Source: a virus (lineage: Duplodnaviria; Caudoviricetes). From it: a stretch of 39,258 bases of DNA. A model generated the notes under the pieces. It was not told the origin of the DNA. It worked only from the letters and a program-made list of their open reading frames with translations, and made no database searches. Every line of letters begins with the position of its first letter. Within the stretch, counting starts at the first letter, position 1. Shown piece after piece: positions 8,562 through 16,526 of this stretch. Location: the IMG/VR virus record IMGVR_UViG_3300028629_000022, positions 1-39,258 of that record. The stretch is one strand, 5' to 3'. The translations under genes were made by a program, and so were the position numbers.

Positions 8562-8796
8562 AAAAGGAAACATTTGGGGCGATATTGCAAAGGCGCTCGG
8601 AATGAGAAAAAAGAAAAAAGTCGAAACGCCGATTGCCGAACGCAATACGAAAATGAACGAAGCCATGAAGGAAATTGACGCCGATGCGCGTCCGGTCTAT
8701 ACTGACATCGACAAACCCGCAACACCTGAACCGGGAACGGAAGGAACGCGGGTCAAGAAAAAAAAGTCGTGGCTAACCTTTATCAAAAGGCGCTAA
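8554..8796 (+). CDS. basic hypothetical protein (80 aa)
   Basis: ATG 8554 overlaps the portal end; fills the gap to the scaffold gene. Confidence 0.6.
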   Translation: MAEKGNIWGDIAKALGMRKKKKVETPIAERNTKMNEAMKEIDADARPVYTDIDKPATPEPGTEGTRVKKKKSWLTFIKRR

Positions 8797-8806
8797 AGGA
8801 GAAACA

Positions 8807-9982
8807 ATGACTGTTCCTAACCCGGAAGTCAAGGGCGGAAAAGAAGCGGCAGTAGAAGAAAAGAAAACTCCTGTGTCCGGGGCGGATGCGGGAGCGGCGA
8901 AAGGCGCTGGTGATTCGGACGCCAACCCAAAGCGTTTGCTGACCTTCGAGGACATTGAAGAAGGCCGGATCAAACCCCTGGGCGCGGAACCGGACGATAC
9001 GGATACCGCCAAAACCGACAAGTCGGACGGCGGGGACGAGGACAAAAAAGCCAAGGGCGGGGACGAAAAACCAAAAGCCAAACCCGATTCGGACGAAGAT
9101 GATGGCGATAACGATGACGTTATTGACCACTTCTACGAAAAGGACGGCGATGAATACAAGAAAGTCTCCGTCGATGACGCCCTGGAAAACCTCCAGGTCA
9201 CCCTCAAGGTGAACGGCAAAAGCCAGATTCTTGAAGGGTGGGACGAGGTTAAGAAATGGGCGTCCATCGGGCTTGCGTCCGAGGAAAAGCGCCGCAAGGC
9301 AAACGAGGTCTTTGAGGAAAACCGAGTACTCAAGGCGACCTTGAAAGCCGAAGCCGAAAAAATAGCCCAAGAGCGCGTCGAGCAGTACATCAACGACGTT
9401 CTTGGCGGCAAGAAGAAGGCTGCCGCGGACGACGAAGACGCTGACGACGACGCACCGGGAAAGAGAAGCGCATCAACCACCGATCCGGTTATGCGTCACC
9501 TGCTTGCCGAAGTCAAACGGATGCGGGATGAACGCGAAGCCGAGAAGCGGGAGCGAGAGGAAGCGGAGCGCACCGCCGCCGAGAAGTCCGCAACGGAGCG
9601 GAACGTCAAGGCGGCACAAGACATGGCCGACCGAGTTGGTGATTCCTTCAAGGATCGGTTCACGTTCGACGGGAAGCTGGACGAGGAAGCGTTCAATCAG
9701 TTCGCATCCTACGTCAGCGGAGCGACCCAAGCGGCCATGAGCCGCGAGTTGGATGGAACCGAGGATTTTAGCGAAATCCTTGCCAAAGGCGAGAAGGTCA
9801 TGCGGAAGATGGCGAAGCGTTATTTCGACAACCTGGAAGCCCATGCCGAACGGCTGGCGCAAGCCAAGTTGAAGGCCAAGAAGGGTGAACCCTCCAAGGC
9901 CGCTTCGGACGACGACATGCCTGAACCGACAAAGGGTGCGAAGAAAAAACTGCTCGATTGGGATTCTGTCGAATCCAAGTAG
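8807..9982 (+). CDS. putative capsid scaffolding protein
   Basis: AAGGAG SD; acidic and coiled-coil; VTLKVNGK motif; immediately upstream of the major capsid gene. Confidence 0.75.
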   Translation: MTVPNPEVKGGKEAAVEEKKTPVSGADAGAAKGAGDSDANPKRLLTFEDIEEGRIKPLGAEPDDTDTAKTDKSDGGDEDKKAKGGDEKPKAKPDSDEDDGDNDDVIDHFYEKDGDEYKKVSVDDALENLQVTLKVNGKSQILEGWDEVKKWASIGLASEEKRRKANEVFEENRVLKATLKAEAEKIAQERVEQYINDVLGGKKKAAADDEDADDDAPGKRSASTTDPVMRHLLAEVKRMRDEREAEKREREEAERTAAEKSATERNVKAAQDMADRVGDSFKDRFTFDGKLDEEAFNQFASYVSGATQAAMSRELDGTEDFSEILAKGEKVMRKMAKRYFDNLEAHAERLAQAKLKAKKGEPSKAASDDDMPEPTKGAKKKLLDWDSVESK

Positions 9983-10040
9983 GGCGGACGCTTTCGGTCC
10001 AAGGTGATGCGGTTCCTCCCGAAAAACCAGGAGGCACCAA

Positions 10041-11327
10041 ATGGCTGTCACCGACGGAGCGTTGTACGCATCCGACGTTCTCTTGAAGTACCGATACCTG
10101 GACGTGTTTCGGGATCAGTACCCCCTCAAGACGACCGGGCTTCGGATGCTCAAACGAGACAACAGCAAGGTCACAAAGGACGGTAGGGGTGCCCAAGTCG
10201 TGTGGGCCATCCGTACCGGGCGCAACAGCGGCATGGCCGCTTTCGCGGACGGTGGGCTTTTGCCCCGCGCCGGGAAGCAGATCGCCGCGACGGGGTCCAC
10301 CACCCTCAAGAACGTGGCGGGACAGTTGCAGATCGAGGACAAACTGATCGAAATGAGCAATTCGATGGGTGAAGCCTCTTTCCGCAATGCGTTGGCCGAC
10401 GAAATGAAGCGGTGCGCCGTGGATTTCGCCGCCAACAAGAACCGGATGCTGTACGGCGACCGAACCGGGATTCTCGGCAAGGTCGCGTCGGCTTCCGACG
10501 ACGGGACGTATTGCACGATCACGTTGGATTCAACGTGGGCCGGTCGTCCGGTCGTCCTGACGCAGTATTTCCAGATCGGGGATCTGCTGGACGTTTTGAC
10601 GAGTGCCGGCGTCGATGTTGCGCCGGCTTGCACGGTCACGGCGGTCAACGCCTCGGCTGGAACGATCACGGTGAGCGGGACGGGCCATGATTCTATCGCG
10701 GCCACGAACATCATCACCAAGGTCGATGCGTATGCTTCGGCAACCGCCGTGGAGCCGACCGGGTTTCGCAACATCTACTCCGCTTCGGACGACGACCTGT
10801 TCCTGAATACGGGTAATTACCCGATTTGGGCCGGTTACGTCCGATCCACGGAGGAAGGACCGACCGAAACGGCTATGGAGTTCCTTCGCATCCAAGGGTT
10901 GAAGAAGGGCGCGAAGTACCGCGGCGCCCTGACGACCTTCGGGGTTCAGGCGAAGATGGTCACGCTGATCGCGGACCAGAAACGCGCCATGAACACGGTG
11001 GACTACAAGTTCGGGTTCGCCGGGACCGAAGACGTGGAAGCCCTCAAGGGACCGGAGTACGCCGGGATCGGGCCTATCGTCGCTGACGAGGACTGCCCCG
11101 CCGGGACAGCCGCCAACAGCGGATACCTGTTCCTGATCGATCCGACGAGCATCAAGTTCGCGGATGCTGGTGCGCCCCATTGGATGAAGGGTGACGGGTC
11201 GATCCTGTCCCGCATCCAGGGTTACGCGCTGTACGAGGCCACGTTCATCGAGTACTACGACGTGTTCTGCGAACAGCGGAACGTGTGCGTGGCGCACAGC
11301 AACTTGCAGGAACTTTCGCTGGAATAG
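10041..11327 (+). CDS. major capsid protein
   Basis: GGAGG SD, strongly biased codon usage, NRMLYGDRTG and EPTGFRNI motifs, followed by a terminator. Confidence 0.85.
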   Translation: MAVTDGALYASDVLLKYRYLDVFRDQYPLKTTGLRMLKRDNSKVTKDGRGAQVVWAIRTGRNSGMAAFADGGLLPRAGKQIAATGSTTLKNVAGQLQIEDKLIEMSNSMGEASFRNALADEMKRCAVDFAANKNRMLYGDRTGILGKVASASDDGTYCTITLDSTWAGRPVVLTQYFQIGDLLDVLTSAGVDVAPACTVTAVNASAGTITVSGTGHDSIAATNIITKVDAYASATAVEPTGFRNIYSASDDDLFLNTGNYPIWAGYVRSTEEGPTETAMEFLRIQGLKKGAKYRGALTTFGVQAKMVTLIADQKRAMNTVDYKFGFAGTEDVEALKGPEYAGIGPIVADEDCPAGTAANSGYLFLIDPTSIKFADAGAPHWMKGDGSILSRIQGYALYEATFIEYYDVFCEQRNVCVAHSNLQELSLE

Positions 11328-11331
11328 TCTA

Positions 11332-11359
11332 GGGCGCCCCGCAAGGGGCGCTCCTTTTA
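11332..11359 (+). terminator. intrinsic terminator after the major capsid gene
   Basis: GGGCGCCCC-GCAA-GGGGCGCTC followed by CTTTTA. Confidence 0.7.
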
Positions 11360-11379
11360 TCCCCCCGAAGGAGGGAACA

Positions 11380-12216
11380 ATGAAGAAGTTTCTGGTCTTT
11401 CTGCTTCTGTTCGCAATCGCCGTTCCTGGATTCGCCACGTTGGCCTCCACGTCAACGTCGTACACCACGGACGACTTGCGGACGGGAAACCGATATCTGG
11501 CCTTGGGTTCGCTGGCCGGTGCCACGTCCGCGCAAACGGGCGTCACCGTCAGCTTGACCGGGTTTAGCGGATTCATGGTCGATCTGGCTATGGAGGCATA
11601 CGATGGGACGGTCGAGGTTCAAGTCTCGAACAGTTCCACCGGGCCGTTCCGAACCGCCTACATCGACAACACAACGAACAACGCCGGGACCGCCGTTCCG
11701 CAGACGAAAAACACCACCTACGTCAACAACGAGGGGTGGAAGTATATGCGCATCTACGGGGATCCCGACGCCGGGGCCTGCACGGTCAATGCGCGAATGT
11801 TCGGCAAGTTGGACGTTCAGAAAACCCAAACCGGGCTTTCGGATATCCATTCCGCGCCCCGCGCCGTGGCTACCGTGTCGGCTTCGACGGCAACGATGGC
11901 CTTGAAGGAGTTCGACTTCAAGGGATCGGGTTGTCGTGTCGTTGTGAACGCGGCTTCCGTGGTTGCTGGGGATTCGTTCATCCCTGTCATTTTCTGGAAG
12001 AACAAGGTGACGGGGCTGTACACGGAGTTGCTTACCGGAGCGGCAATCACGAACACGACTACGACCGGGACGTACACAATCGGGCCACCGGGTTATACGG
12101 CGGCGGCGAACGCAACGTCCCTGTTGGTTCCTTCCACGGATACTTGTCTCGCAATCGGGACAAGCAACGTGTCCGGCACCAATTCGTTCACGGTTTCGGT
12201 GATCCCGATTCCGTAA
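11380..12216 (+). CDS. beta-rich putative capsid decoration/structural protein with Sec signal peptide
   Basis: GAAGGAGG SD; MKKFLVFLLLFAIAVPGFA signal-like N-terminus; Thr/Ser/Gly-rich jelly-roll-like sequence. Confidence 0.7.
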   Translation: MKKFLVFLLLFAIAVPGFATLASTSTSYTTDDLRTGNRYLALGSLAGATSAQTGVTVSLTGFSGFMVDLAMEAYDGTVEVQVSNSSTGPFRTAYIDNTTNNAGTAVPQTKNTTYVNNEGWKYMRIYGDPDAGACTVNARMFGKLDVQKTQTGLSDIHSAPRAVATVSASTATMALKEFDFKGSGCRVVVNAASVVAGDSFIPVIFWKNKVTGLYTELLTGAAITNTTTTGTYTIGPPGYTAAANATSLLVPSTDTCLAIGTSNVSGTNSFTVSVIPIP

Positions 12217-12286
12217 GACGACAGGAGCGGTTATCCGGGTCAGGGATTTGCCCCTGGCCCGGAGAGGCCGTAGAGCGGAGGCCGTC

Positions 12287-12730
12287 GTGGACAGGGCTAA
12301 TTTCGAGACAAAACTGAAACGAATATGTGAGGCGTGGGAGGTTCAGCGCATCGGTAATATGCACAACGTTTGGGAGCGCGGGAACCGATTCCCCGGAGGC
12401 GCTTACCTGGTTTATCAGGTCAAGGGCCGCAACCCGAACGAGGACGACGTTCACACCCTGCGGAGAATGGACTGGTATCGGCGCCAAATGTTGCAGAAGA
12501 AGCAGTTACAGGAATGTCACGAACACAACGAGCGGGTCAAGGCGAATGATGAGAAACGCATCAAAGACAGTTTTATGGAAGTCGCGGACGCCATGAGGAA
12601 ACCCTGCCAGATGATCGCGGACGAAAAAGGATTGCGGCGCAGTATGTTTGACCACCCCACGCCGAACCGGGAATTTATACCAGCTGTTCCGGAAAACACA
12701 ACGCCAACGGAACAAGGAGCAACGGCATGA
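12287..12730 (+). CDS. hypothetical protein
   Basis: GGAGG SD then GTG at 12287; stop overlaps the next ATG. Confidence 0.65.
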   Translation: MDRANFETKLKRICEAWEVQRIGNMHNVWERGNRFPGGAYLVYQVKGRNPNEDDVHTLRRMDWYRRQMLQKKQLQECHEHNERVKANDEKRIKDSFMEVADAMRKPCQMIADEKGLRRSMFDHPTPNREFIPAVPENTTPTEQGATA

Positions 12731-13005
12731 GCGACACGGCAAATGGAAGCGGAACCGTGAAAGTTGACCTCAAAAGGTTGTCGCTTATACTCGGGCTTGT
12801 CATTACCATTGTTGGCATGGTAACCGGACCCTTGTTCTATTTTCAGAGCAAGGCGGACGCAAAGGAACAGCGGGCCACGGATCAAAAGGCGTGCGAACAG
12901 AGGTATGAGTCCGCCAAAGAGGATATGAAGGAAATGAAGGAGGACGTGAAGGAGATTAAAAGGATCCTGATGCGGCAGGAACGCCGCAGGGGGACGGACG
13001 AGTAA
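12727..13005 (+). CDS. single-TM coiled-coil protein (holin/XhlA-like candidate)
   Basis: TM LSLILGLVITIVGMVTGPLFYF followed by heptads DMKEMKEDVKEIK. Confidence 0.55.
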   Translation: MSDTANGSGTVKVDLKRLSLILGLVITIVGMVTGPLFYFQSKADAKEQRATDQKACEQRYESAKEDMKEMKEDVKEIKRILMRQERRRGTDE

Positions 13006-13721
13006 TGGCTATCACGGTTCGACAAGTGCAGACAAAGGTTGTTTCGGAAATGTTTGCCGAAGGATACGGAACGAGCGACCGCTTTACGCCGACGGTCATT
13101 TCCGGGTATATCAACGATTCCCTGGACTACATTTGGGAACGGTTGGTAGCTTCCTGCGAGGAATGGTTCACTTTCCAAGAAAAAACGATAAGTGTTGTCG
13201 CCGGGACGGCCCGATATGCCGTTGACGAAGAATGTGCGGCCATCCATAACGTGTACAAGAGGACAGGTTCTTCTGCGGCGGACTACTCGTACCAGGAGAT
13301 CCGCCCGCTCAAGGACAAGCACGAACGGTTCACCGGAAAGGGGAACGACATTTTGAGGGCGCGGAATTATGCGCCCCAATGGAAGGAGGTCGAGCCGGCC
13401 CTGGACGCATCCCATAATTTCGTGCGCTACATCGAGTTTATCCCGACCCCCACGGAATCCTACACCGCCGTTTATGACGGCATACGGTACATCGACAAGG
13501 TGGATGAGCCGCCGGCCGACCCCACGATTGCCTACATCGAATTGCCGGAAAACTTCCGCAGGGTGCTGGTGGCGTTGGTGAAAAGAATGTGCCTCATGGC
13601 CGACCACGTTGACGTGACGGTGTTGGAAGCACAGATCGAGCGCGACCTCCAAAGCGCAATCCAGGTTCACACGATGGGCCTTGACAGGGACGGGAGCCGG
13701 AAAATCTTGAGGCGAAACTGA
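13005..13721 (+). CDS. head-tail adaptor (tail tubular A-like)
   Basis: Position; motifs YINDSL, VAGTARY, FIPTPT and ELPENFRRVLV seen in podoviral adaptors. Confidence 0.7.
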   Translation: MAITVRQVQTKVVSEMFAEGYGTSDRFTPTVISGYINDSLDYIWERLVASCEEWFTFQEKTISVVAGTARYAVDEECAAIHNVYKRTGSSAADYSYQEIRPLKDKHERFTGKGNDILRARNYAPQWKEVEPALDASHNFVRYIEFIPTPTESYTAVYDGIRYIDKVDEPPADPTIAYIELPENFRRVLVALVKRMCLMADHVDVTVLEAQIERDLQSAIQVHTMGLDRDGSRKILRRN

Positions 13722-13722
13722 T

Positions 13723-16170
13723 ATGCGCGATTCAGAGTTTCTTGTCGGCCTGCCATTCGCGCGATCGCGTAATTTCAACGGTATCGACAACGCGGCAAAT
13801 GAATTTGGCGAAAACCGCTCCGGTAAAATGAAGCGGTGCGAGAACACCGCTTTTCTTGATGGAAAACTCACGACGCCGTTTGGGTATGCCGCGCTTCCTT
13901 TCACTAGGCATGAGGACGGGACGAGCAGGTGCTTTGGCATCGTGCCATCCGTGGACAAAGGCAAGTTCTACACGTTTTTCAGCAAGCACGTCACAGGGAC
14001 AACGCTTTCTTCCGACACGTCCTATTGCAATCTTTTGACAATGGCGACAACCGACTTGGACACGAACAACCCGAAGAAAAATGTGTGCGGGGTTAATCTA
14101 AAAAACCGGACCATCGTATGTGATGGAGGGAGCATCCGCAAGTATTACCAAGCGTCGATTTACAGCAATCTTGTGTATATCCCACCCGCCGGTGTTGCGG
14201 CGGAAGGCGACGCCGGGGTGCTGAACGGGACGTATTCGTACAAGGCTACCTTGTGTGACGATTCGGGGAACGAAACCGGAGGGGGCGCCTCCGTTTCGAT
14301 TACCGTGACGGACAAGAAGGTAACGGTCACTTTCGATCTGTCGTCTTACAATGATGCAAATATCGGGTTTACATCGGTCAAGTTGTACCGCACCGAGGCA
14401 AACGGTTCCACCTATTACTACTTGGGCGACACGAACGGCAAAAAGACGATTGCAGCCGGCACGGATTCTTACGTTTTTACGGACAACGCCGCTTTCGACT
14501 ACACAGACAGCGGCATCGTCGAAAATCCGCAGTTGGACAACGACGATCCGGTGAACCTAACGGCGGCGGACTATTTGCTGGTGTACAACGACCGCCTGAT
14601 TGTGTGGGGGACCACCGAGGGAAGCACTTATTACCCGTATCGTATGCGGTGGTGCCGCATTTCCGAGGTCGATGGCGTCATTCAAACAAACATCTATTCG
14701 TTCCACGCGGACGACTACAAGGACTTCAACAAGCACAACGGCGACCCCGTTATTGGTGGGTGCGTATTAGGGGGTCGTCTTTTCACTTTCAAGGGCGACG
14801 AGACTTGGGAGAGTATCCCAACAACGGCAGACCCCGAGGCGTATGGGATATGGGGGATGCACAACCAGGTCGATACCGAGTATGGGTTTTACCATCATTC
14901 GATTGCAAACATCGGTGGACCGGCTATTGGGTTGACGCGGGATGGGGTGTGCATTTTCAACGGAAGCGGATTCACGTTGATATCCGACCCGATAAGCGAA
15001 ATTCTAAAAAGGGCTATATTCCCCGAAGTGAACAGCGGGTGTTTCGACTTGGCAGAAGGCCGCTATTATTTGTCGGTCTGCGACGGAGGGTTGGCCGGGA
15101 CGTATGGACGACCAGTTTCAACGACGTACCTTTACCAAAATGCAAAAAGGAACGCAACGCTTGTATATGACGTGTCGCAAAAGTCATGGGAGTATCACCC
15201 GCTTGTATTCAACCAAATCTATACAACGTTGGAGGATAGCCAGAACAAGCCGAAGATATTCTGCGGCGGTAGCATTTCCGACGTGAACGTGATGATCGGG
15301 AATTATGAGTTTTCGGGGCCTTCTTATTGCGCGTTGGCGGTTGTGACAAACGCAACAAGCATTACGGACACTTCGTTTTCCGGTGCGGACGATATGTTCA
15401 ATGACCGCAGGATCGCCATGCCGATCTGTTACGACACGGAAAGCAGTTCAATTATATTCACGGATTATGTTAGCCGAGTAAGCGACAACGAAGTTACCGG
15501 GACGACCGCGGTTATGGCGTTGGAGGACACAATTCCGATGAAACACGCCTACAGGGCGTGGTATGTTGTCAATGTGGCGTATGGCGTTACGGCAGCAAGC
15601 GGGAATACAGACCGATTGACCGACAACGGGAACAACGCCTTTCTCGCGAGTTGCTTGACCGGATGTTCTTGCGCGTTTGCGTCAAGTGAAAAGGTGTACA
15701 ACAACCTGCGAAATGGCGCGGAGGTGCTGACGATATCCAGCTTGAATTTTGGGGGCGGCGCGTTCGATAACATCAAAAATTACGTTCTATTTCCTTTCAG
15801 GTACATTGATTCTCAAAGCCCTGATTTTTACTCGACGCATTACGAGCCGAGGGTGATGATTTACACGGTGCCTTTTGGAATTGAGGAATACCACTACTTG
15901 AAGTTGTTCCGGTACTTGAGAATGTACGCAAAAGGAGATTGCGAGATCAGGGTGCGGGTATTCAAGGACGGCGACGACGCATCGGCACAGACGGTCACGG
16001 CGATTACGTTGTCCGACGAGGACGTTTTCAAGCACAAGATCAGCGCTCTGGCGGGTCATTCGGGGCGATTTGTAAGGTTCGAGTTGTCCATGCCGAGGGG
16101 ATACGGCGAGTTTGAAATCAACGAGATTGCGGCTGGATACAGGCGCAAGACCGCGTTCAGGGCGGATTGA
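13723..16170 (+). CDS. tail nozzle / stabilisation protein (tail tubular B, P22 gp10-like)
   Basis: 815 aa, beta-rich, follows the adaptor; RNFNGID start, propeller-like repeats, C-terminal GRFVRFEL. Confidence 0.7.
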   Translation: MRDSEFLVGLPFARSRNFNGIDNAANEFGENRSGKMKRCENTAFLDGKLTTPFGYAALPFTRHEDGTSRCFGIVPSVDKGKFYTFFSKHVTGTTLSSDTSYCNLLTMATTDLDTNNPKKNVCGVNLKNRTIVCDGGSIRKYYQASIYSNLVYIPPAGVAAEGDAGVLNGTYSYKATLCDDSGNETGGGASVSITVTDKKVTVTFDLSSYNDANIGFTSVKLYRTEANGSTYYYLGDTNGKKTIAAGTDSYVFTDNAAFDYTDSGIVENPQLDNDDPVNLTAADYLLVYNDRLIVWGTTEGSTYYPYRMRWCRISEVDGVIQTNIYSFHADDYKDFNKHNGDPVIGGCVLGGRLFTFKGDETWESIPTTADPEAYGIWGMHNQVDTEYGFYHHSIANIGGPAIGLTRDGVCIFNGSGFTLISDPISEILKRAIFPEVNSGCFDLAEGRYYLSVCDGGLAGTYGRPVSTTYLYQNAKRNATLVYDVSQKSWEYHPLVFNQIYTTLEDSQNKPKIFCGGSISDVNVMIGNYEFSGPSYCALAVVTNATSITDTSFSGADDMFNDRRIAMPICYDTESSSIIFTDYVSRVSDNEVTGTTAVMALEDTIPMKHAYRAWYVVNVAYGVTAASGNTDRLTDNGNNAFLASCLTGCSCAFASSEKVYNNLRNGAEVLTISSLNFGGGAFDNIKNYVLFPFRYIDSQSPDFYSTHYEPRVMIYTVPFGIEEYHYLKLFRYLRMYAKGDCEIRVRVFKDGDDASAQTVTAITLSDEDVFKHKISALAGHSGRFVRFELSMPRGYGEFEINEIAAGYRRKTAFRAD

Positions 16171-16526
16171 CGATGGCAAAGACCTACTACCGAGGACCGG
16201 CCCCGACGTTTTTGAAGCCGTTCGGGTCGGTGGTGACAACGGAATATTTCAACCGTTTCCTGACGCAATTGGCGCAAATGTTCCAAAGCACTTGGAGCGA
16301 AGCGCCGAGCGTGTATAAGGTGAGTACGGTTGTGTCGCCTTCCGGGGGAACGTTCAGTATCCTGAACGGGTTGCCGGTGCCTTCCGGTAGCCCCGACGTG
16401 GATTACGCATTTTACATTCAAACGACCAATCCCCCGGCCCTGTACTTTTGGGATAGTGTAAGATGGACGCAGTTGCCGACGCACAGCGGGGGCGGGGCAA
16501 CACCTACGCCTCCGGGGGAGATATGA
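16167..16526 (+). CDS. small tail-associated protein
   Basis: Coupled to both neighbours; LYFWDSVRWTQL motif common in tail-fibre-associated domains. Confidence 0.6.
   Translation: MTMAKTYYRGPAPTFLKPFGSVVTTEYFNRFLTQLAQMFQSTWSEAPSVYKVSTVVSPSGGTFSILNGLPVPSGSPDVDYAFYIQTTNPPALYFWDSVRWTQLPTHSGGGATPTPPGEI

Noticed and set aside
11191-11379. Frameshift extension of the major capsid into the next gene (open +1 frame upstream of 11380)
   Set aside because: There is no clear slippery site, a terminator intervenes, and the next gene has its own strong SD and signal peptide.
6114-11576. Long antisense ORFs (6114-7646, 10530-11576 and similar)
   Set aside because: They are shadow ORFs expected opposite GC3-biased portal and capsid genes, with no recognisable motifs.
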